This document shows positions 1 through 9,456 of a DNA stretch of 64,000 nt, one piece after another. Location: contig OY969811.1 of NCBI GenBank assembly GCA_963703315.1, positions 1,216,001 through 1,280,000 of the forward strand, given 5' to 3'. The translations under genes were made by a program, and so were the position numbers. The stretch comes from an uncultured cyanobacterium (GTDB lineage: Bacteria; Cyanobacteriota; Cyanobacteriia; Pseudanabaenales; Pseudanabaenaceae). Below the pieces are notes generated by a model. That model worked only from the letters and a program-made list of their open reading frames with translations, had not been told where the DNA came from and searched no databases. The first letter of the stretch is position 1. Each line of letters begins with the position of its first letter.

Positions 1-809
1 TCTTCAATCATGTCATCTTCCAAGTGATCACGAAATAGCTGCTTCATCTCAGCATAAGATTTGAGATATTCCATACCGCTATAACGGAGTCTTTTTTCAT
101 CGGAAATTAGCTTTCCCGTTTGGATACAGAGCAACGCATCATGGGCTTCTACATCAGAGCAAGAAGTGAAGTGAGAGTCATTAGTAGCTATTACTCTAAT
201 GTCTAATTCACGTGCAATTTTAAAAATCTCAACATTCACAATCCGATCTTCTTGATAGCCATGATCTTGAATTTCTAAATAATAATCATCGCCAAAATGT
301 TCTTTATACCAATTAGCAACCCGCCGCGCTTCTTCGTGATCGCCATTCAAAATTGCCTGTGGCACTTCTCCCGCAAGGCAGCCTGACGTTACCATCAAAC
401 CTTCTTTATATTGCAGTAGGTAATCTTTATTAATGCAAGGACGCGCAAAAATACCTTTGCCTTGAAAGCCTTGCAGATGAGAAATTGTGGTTAATTTAAC
501 TAAATTTCGATATCCCTGTGTATCTTTAGCGAGAACACATTGGTGATATTTTCTTTTTTTTTCTTCTCTCTTATATTGCTTGGTGATATCCCCATTCAAG
601 ACATACATTTCATTGCCAATAATTGGCTTAATACCCTTAGATTTGCAGGTTTTGATTAGCTCGATCGCCCCGTACATCACCCCATGATCGGTCAAGGCGA
701 TCGCAGGCATCCCTAGCTCAACGGCACGACCGACTAGATCAGGAATCTGGCTCGCCCCATCGAGTAAGCTGTATTCAGTATGAACGTGTAGCCCCACAAA
801 TCCAGTCAT
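1..809 (-). CDS. dnaE: DNA polymerase III alpha subunit, N-terminal portion (runs off window start)
   Basis: Manual translation from ATG at 809 gives [21 protein letters not shown]...[12 protein letters not shown], the PHP domain of DnaE. Not in the ORF track because it is truncated by the window. Confidence 0.93.
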   Translation of the reverse strand, partial: MTGFVGLHVHTEYSLLDGASQIPDLVGRAVELGMPAIALTDHGVMYGAIELIKTCKSKGIKPIIGNEMYVLNGDITKQYKREEKKRKYHQCVLAKDTQGYRNLVKLTTISHLQGFQGKGIFARPCINKDYLLQYKEGLMVTSGCLAGEVPQAILNGDHEEARRVANWYKEHFGDDYYLEIQDHGYQEDRIVNVEIFKIARELDIRVIATNDSHFTSCSDVEAHDALLCIQTGKLISDEKRLRYSGMEYLKSYAEMKQLFRDHLEDDMIE

Positions 810-923
810 ATTGATCCGTTAAATCAAATCTAAATAGCTAGATTAACATGATCTGTTAGTAGCGATCGTCATAATCCTGAAGTAGTTGAATGAGGCAAGA
901 GTAATTCATGAATTACTCTTGCC

Positions 924-1841
924 TCAAGACTGTGGCACTCTCTTCAATAACTTTCTTAATTTATAAGAAATATATGGTATGGCAATTAATAATGGATTTT
1001 TGATAAGTTCTGGTATTAATTTTCGATATTTACTTTTCTGCTTTATTGTAGGTATGTCGTAGCCCAATAGGTTTAGCCATTCTCTTTTAGCCTCTATTCT
1101 CCCAATTTCAGAGATCGTAGAACTTTTATTGTAGCTATAACACCGAAAACAGCCAAGATAATCATTTAACTTAAGAAAGTTTCCATGTAAGTACAGCCTT
1201 AAAAAAAATTCTAAATCCATAGCAAATTTTAGTTCCTTTTTAAGAAGACCCACTACTTCCATTGCATTTCTTCGCCAAAATACGGTTTCCGAAGCGATCG
1301 TATAACCAGTTTGCATTGGATTGAATTTTGGCTGAGGAGACCACCCAGTAACATTACTGGCTTGATCAATGAGAATTCTATTCCCATGCACTAGTATGTA
1401 ACTAGGATGATTATGTAGTGCATAAAAAATCTTTTTTAACGTATTTTTTATGTATAAGTCGTCACTGTTAAGCCATCCAATAATAGAACCATTACTTTGT
1501 CTCAAACCTTTATTAATAGCGTCTGATTGACCTTCATCTTTCTCACTAATCCAATAAGCAAGAAATAGCTCATATTTTTTAATGATGTCAACTGAGTTAT
1601 CAGTACTTCCTCCATCAATAATGATGTACTCAAGATTAGGATAGCCTTGTAACAGAACTGAGCGAATTGTCTCTTCTATAAATTCGCCTTGATTGTAACT
1701 AGGTGTAACAATACTAATGAGGGGATATGCAAAGTTATCAGTTGGCTTGTTAGTTAATGGTTCTGATTGCTCTGTCCAAGGCCAGCCTGTTTTCCCCTTT
1801 GGTGGGGCAGGTAAGTCTTTGAGTGTTAAAGTCATACTCAT
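924..1841 (-). CDS. Glycosyltransferase family 2
   Basis: SIVTPSYNQ, IDGGSTD, GQSDAINKG and WLNSDD (DxD) motifs; AT-rich. Confidence 0.9.
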   Translation of the reverse strand: MSMTLTLKDLPAPPKGKTGWPWTEQSEPLTNKPTDNFAYPLISIVTPSYNQGEFIEETIRSVLLQGYPNLEYIIIDGGSTDNSVDIIKKYELFLAYWISEKDEGQSDAINKGLRQSNGSIIGWLNSDDLYIKNTLKKIFYALHNHPSYILVHGNRILIDQASNVTGWSPQPKFNPMQTGYTIASETVFWRRNAMEVVGLLKKELKFAMDLEFFLRLYLHGNFLKLNDYLGCFRCYSYNKSSTISEIGRIEAKREWLNLLGYDIPTIKQKSKYRKLIPELIKNPLLIAIPYISYKLRKLLKRVPQS

Positions 1842-1919
1842 TAATCCTAAAAGCGAGACTATAAGCCATGCTCTATATGTAGCTTATAGTCTCACTCAAA
1901 AATATTAATTATGTTAGTA

Positions 1920-3176
1920 CTATGGATCAACCCAGCGATCGTCGGATTTGATCAGCGCAATCAACTGCTCTACACCTTCAGCTTCAGGTACGCGCTTGAT
2001 TTCTTCTTTGCCACGATAGAGCGAGATGATTCCAGGGGTTTTGCCAACATAGCCATAGTCTGCATCTGCCATTTCCCCAGGTCCATTAACGATGCAACCC
2101 ATTACGGCAATGTCTAGACCAACCAAATGGCTAGTAGCTTCACGGACTTTATGTAGGACTTCTTCTAGGTTGAATAAAGTACGACCGCAGGATGGACAAG
2201 CGACATATTCGACCATCGTTTTGCGGAGTCCGAGGGACTGCAAAATGCTATAGCAAACAGGGATTTCTTTTTCGGGGGCTTCGGTGAGAGAGACGCGGAT
2301 GGTGTCACCAATGCCTTGAGATAATAAGGTGGCAATACCTGCGGTGGACTTGATCCGACCATATTCACCATCACCTGCTTCGGTTACGCCTAAATGTAAG
2401 GGATAGTCCATGCCAAGCTGATCCATGCGCTTGACCATCAGTTGATAGGCGGCGATCATCACAGGAACACGGGATGCCTTCATGGAAATGACGATATTTC
2501 TAAAGTCTAGATCTTCACAAATCCGAATAAACTCGATCGCAGATTCGACCATGCCCTGAGGAGTGTCACCGTAGGTAAATAACATCCGCTCGGCAAGTGA
2601 GCCATGATTTACGCCGATCCGCATAGCTTTACCTTGTTCTTTAAGGCTCAAAACTAAAGGCTTAAGGGTATCACGGACTTTTTCGGCGATTTCGTCAAAT
2701 TCTGATTGGGTGTATTCGGTGCGATTTGCTTTGGGTTTCTCGAATACATATAAGCCGGGATTAATGCGGACTTTGTGAATATGCTTGGCGACTTCGAGGG
2801 CAATTTTCATACCGTTGTGGTGGACATCGGCAACCAGAGGCACATCAAGATAAGTACGTTTGAGCTTTTGACGAATTTCTGAGAGTGCGGCGGCGTGAGC
2901 CATGCTAGGGACAGTGACGCGCACAATTTCGCAGCCAATTTCATGCAAGCGGCGAATTCCTGCTACGGAGCCATCAATATCGAGGGTATCTTCATTAATC
3001 ATCGACTGTACTACTACAGGTGCGCCGCCACCGATGGTGATATTGCCCACTTGTACAGGTCGGGTTTTGCGTCTGACGATTACACCAAGATTTTCGTTGC
3101 CATCGATAATTGGTTCAGCTTGGGCGGGTTGTGTGCCGTTTTGGATGCTTTTTGTATTCTCAGAAACAGTCGTCAT
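1920..3176 (-). CDS. ispG: (E)-4-hydroxy-3-methylbut-2-enyl-diphosphate synthase
   Basis: [44 protein letters not shown] and [10 protein letters not shown] motifs. Confidence 0.97.
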   Translation of the reverse strand: MTTVSENTKSIQNGTQPAQAEPIIDGNENLGVIVRRKTRPVQVGNITIGGGAPVVVQSMINEDTLDIDGSVAGIRRLHEIGCEIVRVTVPSMAHAAALSEIRQKLKRTYLDVPLVADVHHNGMKIALEVAKHIHKVRINPGLYVFEKPKANRTEYTQSEFDEIAEKVRDTLKPLVLSLKEQGKAMRIGVNHGSLAERMLFTYGDTPQGMVESAIEFIRICEDLDFRNIVISMKASRVPVMIAAYQLMVKRMDQLGMDYPLHLGVTEAGDGEYGRIKSTAGIATLLSQGIGDTIRVSLTEAPEKEIPVCYSILQSLGLRKTMVEYVACPSCGRTLFNLEEVLHKVREATSHLVGLDIAVMGCIVNGPGEMADADYGYVGKTPGIISLYRGKEEIKRVPEAEGVEQLIALIKSDDRWVDP

Positions 3177-3404
3177 AACACTTTTAGTTACTTTCAGTTA
3201 TTAGTTTATCTGAAAGTAGGTAAAATATAGCTTTATTCTTGTCTTTAAATATAAGGATATAAAAGGTGATTGTGCTAATGCCGATCTCGCTATTCACCGC
3301 TAAACTAAAAGTATTGTAAAAATCTGACAAAATTGGGATACGGTCAATACACTCGCCAATTACAGTTCCATTTTAATATTTCAAAAATAAAAGCTAGTAA
3401 AGCC

Positions 3405-6400
3405 ATGTCATCCTCTCCATCACAACCTGCAACTGATTTGCGCGAGGCTTACCGTGTGTGTGAGCCAAAGCCTTTAAATGGAGATGATTTTGAAAAATAT
3501 TATGAGCCTTTATTGGATGAGAATGATTTTGATGCAGTAAAAGCGATCGGGGCTTCTCTATTTGTGCAGGAATTGGGAGAACATAAGACTTTTTTTCTAG
3601 CTGGGCATCGTGGTTGTGGCAAGACAACAGAATTAAATTTGCTTGTAAAGAATTGGGGTGAAGATTATCATGTGATTTACATTGAAACTCTCAATATATT
3701 AGATATTCACAATATCGACTGCATTGATATTTATTTACTCGCTGTATTTTATGTTAATCAACATATAGATAAGTATGAAATTAAAATTGAGATAAACATT
3801 ATCAAACAATTTGAAGATGTTATCACTAGAATTATTCGTTGTGCTACAGGATATTCTAATGGACAAAAACTTGAAGATGAAATTTCTTCGTTAAGATATA
3901 TTGCAGAAAAAGAGGATAGTAGAAGATTAGAGTTGCTAACAGGTTTTGCGTCACTTTTGAATGGAATATTACTTAAAATAAATAGATCAGAAATAATTGA
4001 TGGATTGAATTATTCATCGACTTCAGAGATGTTGAACCATGAAAAAATTACAACGTATAGAGAAGCATTTGCTCATTATAAAGATGAGTTTAGGGATATA
4101 TTTGAAGTGCTTTTAAATGATTTTAATAAAGCACTTAAAAAACAGAACAATAGCTGTAAAGGACTTTTAATTATATTCGATGATATTGATAAATGTGATT
4201 CGGATACAGCTAAGATTCTTTTTCAAAATCAAATAGAAAATCTTTTTGAGATTAGGTGTAATGTAATCTACACTGTTCCAATATTTAGTCTGAATTATTT
4301 GGAGGAAACGCATCAAAATGTTTTCCTTATTCCACTGTTAAACATTTATAAATTTAGAGAATCTGAACTACAGCCACAGATAAATAACTGGACAGTTCAA
4401 AAAATTACAAATTTGTTGAATCGGCGAGTTGATATAAATGTTTTATTTGATTCAGATAAAATTATATACAAACTAATTATTTCTAGTGGAGGTCATTTAA
4501 GAAACCTATTCATGTTATTGCAACTCTCATATATATCTGCAATTGGCAGAGGTAATAAGACCGTTAACGAGATAGATGCTAATTATTCAATTGAACACTT
4601 TCAGAATGATTTTGAACGTTATATTCCTTCTGAATTGTATTATGACATCGCTAACTCTTTCTATACAAAGGCTTTGCAAAATGATTCAGCAGCTTTAGCT
4701 GTGTATGCGGGGGTAATATCGCAATACCGTTATAAAAAAAGAGACTGGTTGTTCCCAAATCCTATTATTTTACAAATTGATAAATTCAAAAATGCGCTCC
4801 GTGAAGTAAAAAAATTATCAACGGAAATTTCAGAATCCAAACAACTAGATTATTCTTGGCGAAACTTGGTGATTGTAGAAATTGAACTTAAAAATATTCG
4901 ATGCTTTGAGAATTTGAAAATAGATTTTACTGAAGCTGATAAACTTTCTGATTGGTTCATGATTTTGGGTGAAAATGCCGCAGGAAAAACGACTTTACTT
5001 AGAAGTATTGCTCTTGGACTATGCGATCAAAGTGATGCTGCTGCTTTAATGTCATCTCTGCGTGGAGATTTAGTACGAGATGGTGCAGATGAAGGCTCTA
5101 TCAAGATCGTGTTGTGTAACAAAGATGCCTCACAAATCCCCCTTTTGCGATCGCAACAACTACGTCGAGCATTACTAAGCGCTTTTCCAACTATCTCTAA
5201 ACTTAAAGCCCTCAAAAATGCTTTACCAGAAGAATTAGGTCAACCCTCACCATATCCTAGCCTTTCCGAACAGATTGTTGAGATGATTGGGCGTGCAAAC
5301 ACAGAAGAAAAGCTTGACGAGTTAATAGCGATCGCTCGTCAACAAAGTCCAGATAATCGATCTTTGCAAAATCTAGACGGAGATAACCAAACAAATACTT
5401 ATACGATTACAACTACGATTACCAAGCAATCGGAAAAAAGTGAAACTCTTACCCAAAAAATTGAGCCAGAAATTGATTTTCTGTGGTCAGATATTTTTGT
5501 ATGTGGTTACGGGGCAAATCGTACTACCCAAACTTACACAAATCATGAAGGCTACCGCAGCCTTGATGCTGTGCAATCATTGTTTACTTCTCAAGTCTCT
5601 TTTCAAGATCCAGAAGTAGTTTTGCGGCGGCGCAGCGATGAAGTCCGCAAGCAGATCGAACAACAATTACTCAAAGTACTGATGCTTGATGACCATGCCG
5701 AATATCAGTTTCATTACAGCGATCGCGGTATCGAAGTCGATGGTCCTTGGGGTAGACAGCCCCTTGCCGCGCTCAGTGATGGCTATCGAAGCACTAGCCA
5801 ATGGCTGCTGGATTTTATTGGGTGGGCTGTTCATGCTAATCGACTTACAGAAAGCGGTAATATCGGCGGCATTCTGCTCATAGATGAAGTAGAACAACAT
5901 TTACATCCTCTTTGGCAACGTTACTTTGTGCAGCGTTTGCATGAGATGTTTCCTAACACTCAAATTATTGCTTCCACGCATACACCTCTAGCAGCTTCAG
6001 GAGTTGCTGATATCGAGAGCGGTCTTCTGGTGAAGCTAGACCGTAGCCCTGAAAACGGTGTTCAAGCTAAGCTAATCAACAAAGAAGAACTATATGGTAA
6101 ACGTGCCGATCAGGTACTGACTTCAGAGGCTTTCGGCTTATTTACCAGTCGTAATCAAGGCAGTTTGACTGACATTGATCGCTACTCTGAACTACTTGGT
6201 CATACTCAACTAACAGCAAAAGAAGAAGACGAATTACAGGAATTACGCGAAAAGCTGCAAGACAGTCTTCAAGATGGTGAAAATGCTACAGAAAGATTAG
6301 TCAGGAGAGAAGTGGAATCTGCTATTGAGAAAACGGCAAGCGATATTACGCCTGAATTGCTGGAGCTAGAAATCGCCAAACACCTACAACAGCTTTCTAA

Positions 6401-6413
6401 TCAGGGGGCTTAG
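3405..6413 (+). CDS. Two-NTPase fusion: N-terminal P-loop NTPase plus C-terminal AAA_21/PtuA-like ABC ATPase with an inserted EAD1-like domain
   Basis: First module: Walker A GHRGCGKT, Walker B IIFDDIDK. Second module: IELKNIRCF, GENAAGKT, LSDGY signature, LLIDEVEQHLHP, STHTP. ATG 3405 preferred over TTG 3333. Confidence 0.8.
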   Translation: MSSSPSQPATDLREAYRVCEPKPLNGDDFEKYYEPLLDENDFDAVKAIGASLFVQELGEHKTFFLAGHRGCGKTTELNLLVKNWGEDYHVIYIETLNILDIHNIDCIDIYLLAVFYVNQHIDKYEIKIEINIIKQFEDVITRIIRCATGYSNGQKLEDEISSLRYIAEKEDSRRLELLTGFASLLNGILLKINRSEIIDGLNYSSTSEMLNHEKITTYREAFAHYKDEFRDIFEVLLNDFNKALKKQNNSCKGLLIIFDDIDKCDSDTAKILFQNQIENLFEIRCNVIYTVPIFSLNYLEETHQNVFLIPLLNIYKFRESELQPQINNWTVQKITNLLNRRVDINVLFDSDKIIYKLIISSGGHLRNLFMLLQLSYISAIGRGNKTVNEIDANYSIEHFQNDFERYIPSELYYDIANSFYTKALQNDSAALAVYAGVISQYRYKKRDWLFPNPIILQIDKFKNALREVKKLSTEISESKQLDYSWRNLVIVEIELKNIRCFENLKIDFTEADKLSDWFMILGENAAGKTTLLRSIALGLCDQSDAAALMSSLRGDLVRDGADEGSIKIVLCNKDASQIPLLRSQQLRRALLSAFPTISKLKALKNALPEELGQPSPYPSLSEQIVEMIGRANTEEKLDELIAIARQQSPDNRSLQNLDGDNQTNTYTITTTITKQSEKSETLTQKIEPEIDFLWSDIFVCGYGANRTTQTYTNHEGYRSLDAVQSLFTSQVSFQDPEVVLRRRSDEVRKQIEQQLLKVLMLDDHAEYQFHYSDRGIEVDGPWGRQPLAALSDGYRSTSQWLLDFIGWAVHANRLTESGNIGGILLIDEVEQHLHPLWQRYFVQRLHEMFPNTQIIASTHTPLAASGVADIESGLLVKLDRSPENGVQAKLINKEELYGKRADQVLTSEAFGLFTSRNQGSLTDIDRYSELLGHTQLTAKEEDELQELREKLQDSLQDGENATERLVRREVESAIEKTASDITPELLELEIAKHLQQLSNQGA

Positions 6414-6415
6414 AG

Positions 6416-7315
6416 GTGAGGAAAATCTTTGTTCAGGAGCCAGATAGTGACATCTGGAAGAAATGGATTCGTGATTGTCAAGAAGAAACCAAAAAGGCAA
6501 TAGATTCAGTTGCTAAAGGAGAAAGACCAATAGTTAACGAGAATCTATACAAGAGAGATAGTATTAAAAAGAGCTATTTTGTTAGTAGAGATGCACCATT
6601 TTATGGGCGTTGTGCCTATTGTGAAACCCCAATTGCTGACACTCAATATATTCAAGTCGAACACTTTCGCCCCAAAGCAGGAATTAAAGATGAGAATGGT
6701 AGAGTGATTAATCTCAAGGATGAGAACGGAATTGATACAGGAAAACCACACCTTGGGTATTACTGGCTAGCTTACGATTGGCGAAATCTACTTCCTTCTT
6801 GTGCAATATGTAATCAGCCGAAAAGCACGGTCTTCCCAGTTGTTGGACGACACGCTCAAATTCCTAGCGAAGAATCAAACGAAAGTCCCCTACTGATTAA
6901 TCCAATCAGCGAATTAGAAAAGGATAATCCAGAGCATCATCTATCTGTTGATATAAACACTGGGATTATGTATGCTGTGAATGAAAGTTTTCGGGGTGCA
7001 ATGTGTATCCAGATTTTCAAACTTAACGAACGTGAACAATTAGTTGATGGAAGAAAAAATATACGAAGAAACTCTAATGCGATGATCATAGAATTTCAGA
7101 ATGCCCACACAAAACTTTCTGATCCAACCTATTTGAAAAAGCAAGCTTATCAAGAAATTATCGAACACTATGAAGAATTAATCGGTGTTTTTGAAGGGAA
7201 GAAGCCCTACACGATAGCTTATTTGAGCATATTGCGGAAACAAGGTTTTTCAATTGAGTGGCTTCAGAAACAATGCCAGATATTTCAAGATCTTCTTTCT
7301 AAACTTGATCACTAA
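6416..7315 (+). CDS. HNH endonuclease (PtuB/retron-effector-like)
   Basis: CAYCE...VEHFRPK...YYWLAYDWRNLLPSCAICN...K; GTG start 2 nt after the ATPase stop. Confidence 0.85.
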   Translation: MRKIFVQEPDSDIWKKWIRDCQEETKKAIDSVAKGERPIVNENLYKRDSIKKSYFVSRDAPFYGRCAYCETPIADTQYIQVEHFRPKAGIKDENGRVINLKDENGIDTGKPHLGYYWLAYDWRNLLPSCAICNQPKSTVFPVVGRHAQIPSEESNESPLLINPISELEKDNPEHHLSVDINTGIMYAVNESFRGAMCIQIFKLNEREQLVDGRKNIRRNSNAMIIEFQNAHTKLSDPTYLKKQAYQEIIEHYEELIGVFEGKKPYTIAYLSILRKQGFSIEWLQKQCQIFQDLLSKLDH

Positions 7316-7408
7316 TAGCGATCGCATGAAAATCATCAACAAAACAAAGGATCTTGGCGATCGCCTACGATGAAGTAACATAATATTGCAAAATAAATAT
7401 ATTTGTCC

Positions 7409-8224
7409 ATGAATTATTTTCCTGCTCATCGATATTTTGCTTACCTTACGTCACCAGCGATCGCCTCTATGCCAGATAAACAAAACGTGGTGATTATTCA
7501 GCCGATGGGGGCGATCGAGCAGCATGGCGCACATTTACCATTAATTGTTGATGCGGCGATTAGTATTGGGGTGTTGGCAAGGGCTTTAGCAAAATTAGAT
7601 CCTGCGATTCCTGCCTATGCTTTGCCGCCTCTGTATTACGGCAAATCGAATGAGCATATTGGTTTTGGAGGAACGATTACGTTGAGTACACAGACAATGC
7701 TGGCGGTGTTAACTGACATTGCTGAAAGTGTGCATCGGGCAGGATTTCGCAAGTTAGCCTTGATGAATTCCCACGGTGGACAGCCGCAAATTTTGGAAAT
7801 AGTGGCTCGGGATCTCCACTCGAAATATCGCGATTTCGAGATCTTTCCGCTTTTTACTTGGCACGTTCCCAATGCCACCAAAGATTTATTAACCGCCAAA
7901 GAGTTAGAATTTGGAATTCATGGCGGCGATGCCGAAACTAGTTTGATGTTGGCGCTTTTGCCTGAACAGGTACAAATGGATAAAGCCGTAACTGAATATC
8001 CCTATGGATTGCCTGAGAATAGTCTACTCAGTATGGAATCTGCGAATCCCTTTGCATGGGTGATGCGTGATTTGACTCGAAGTGGAGTGTTGGGGGATGC
8101 TAAAGCGGCAACTAGAGAAAAAGGGGAAAAGATTCTGGATTCTCTAGTTGATGGTTGGGTGCAATTGATTGAAGATATTTACAAGTTTGAGCAACCAAAA
8201 GCATATGGCAATCATCTCCTCTAA
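7409..8224 (+). CDS. Creatininase family amidohydrolase
   Basis: [26 protein letters not shown] and HGGDAETS motifs. Confidence 0.88.
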   Translation: MNYFPAHRYFAYLTSPAIASMPDKQNVVIIQPMGAIEQHGAHLPLIVDAAISIGVLARALAKLDPAIPAYALPPLYYGKSNEHIGFGGTITLSTQTMLAVLTDIAESVHRAGFRKLALMNSHGGQPQILEIVARDLHSKYRDFEIFPLFTWHVPNATKDLLTAKELEFGIHGGDAETSLMLALLPEQVQMDKAVTEYPYGLPENSLLSMESANPFAWVMRDLTRSGVLGDAKAATREKGEKILDSLVDGWVQLIEDIYKFEQPKAYGNHLL

Positions 8225-9425
8225 ACCAAGTCCAAATCCTGAAGGCGATCAGAATCAGCAAACTGCTCAAAATTCTGCATCGGCTTCTGAACAAGTTACT
8301 AGCAAAAAATCAACGCGCCGATCGCCTAAAGCTGCATCGAAAAAAGAAGTATCGCCAGAAATGCAACAGGCGTTAGACTTGTTGCAAGCAGAAGCTACAC
8401 CAGAGGAGAAGTTAGAGGATCAACTTGCCAAAAATGAGGCTAATCCTGCGACACCTGACGTTAATATTCGCCCCAAAAATCTTGCTGACTATATTGGACA
8501 AAAGGATTTAAAAGAACTACTTCATATTGCGATCTCAGCAGCAAAATCCCGCTCATCGGCTCTTGACCATTTATTGTTATATGGTCCTCCCGGATTAGGG
8601 AAGACTTCTCTAGCTTTGATTATTGCTCAGGAAATGGGTGTGCAATGCAAGATTACTTCGGCTCCTGCCCTTGAGCGTCCCCGTGATGTGGCAGGTTTGC
8701 TAGTTTCGTTGCAACAGGGAGATATTCTCTTTATCGATGAAATCCATCGTTTACCGAGTGTAACAGAAGAGATTCTCTATCCTGCGATGGAAGATTATCG
8801 ACTGGATATTACGATTGGGAAGGGACAAGGCGCAAGGATTCGCAGTGTGCAGTTAAATAAATTTACGCTGATTGGTGCGACGACAAGAATTGGCGCGTTA
8901 TCTTCGCCATTGCGCGATCGCTTTGGTTTTGTACAGCATTTTCGATTTTATGAGCAGGATGAATTGACCCAGATTGTGTCGCGGAGTGCCAAGATTCTCG
9001 ATACACCAATTCATGACGATGGGGCTGTGGCGATCGCTGCCAGATCAAGGGGTACGCCTCGGATTGCCAATCGTCTATTAAAACGAGTGCGTGACTATGC
9101 CGAAGTGAAGGCGAAAGGTGAACAAATTACAGGGGCGATCGCAGAATCTGCTCTCGAATTATTTAATGTTGATCCGAAAGGACTCGATTGGATTGATCGC
9201 AAATTGCTTACGGTTTTAATTGAGAACTTCAACGGTGGTCCCGCAGGTTTAGATACTCTTGCGGCGGCGACGGGTGAGGATGCTCACACCATTGAAGAAG
9301 TGTATGAACCTTATCTATTACAGATTGGCTATATCAATCGCACCCCACGCGGTCGGGTGGCTACAGCAGCAGCATGGAAGCATTTAGGCTATTCCGTACA
9401 AACTGCGATCGCAGGAATCCTCTAA
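8205..9425 (+). CDS. ruvB: Holliday junction branch migration helicase RuvB
   Basis: [37 protein letters not shown] and TPRGR motifs; start MAIISSK at 8205 preferred. Confidence 0.96.
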   Translation: MAIISSKPSPNPEGDQNQQTAQNSASASEQVTSKKSTRRSPKAASKKEVSPEMQQALDLLQAEATPEEKLEDQLAKNEANPATPDVNIRPKNLADYIGQKDLKELLHIAISAAKSRSSALDHLLLYGPPGLGKTSLALIIAQEMGVQCKITSAPALERPRDVAGLLVSLQQGDILFIDEIHRLPSVTEEILYPAMEDYRLDITIGKGQGARIRSVQLNKFTLIGATTRIGALSSPLRDRFGFVQHFRFYEQDELTQIVSRSAKILDTPIHDDGAVAIAARSRGTPRIANRLLKRVRDYAEVKAKGEQITGAIAESALELFNVDPKGLDWIDRKLLTVLIENFNGGPAGLDTLAAATGEDAHTIEEVYEPYLLQIGYINRTPRGRVATAAAWKHLGYSVQTAIAGIL

Positions 9426-9454
9426 AAAAAGGAGTCGCTTAGCGACTCCTTTTT
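9425..9454. terminator. Bidirectional hairpin terminator between convergent ruvB and the NDH-2 gene
   Basis: AAAAAAGGAGTCGC-TTA-GCGACTCCTTTTT. Confidence 0.75.
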
Positions 9455-9456
9455 GA

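Noticed and set aside
1..809. Split DnaE intein
   Set aside because: Expected in cyanobacteria, but the junction would lie outside the window and cannot be seen.
3177..3404. Retron ncRNA or RT upstream of the ATPase-HNH pair
   Set aside because: No reverse transcriptase ORF (no YADD motif) in the window and no clear a1/a2 inverted repeat.
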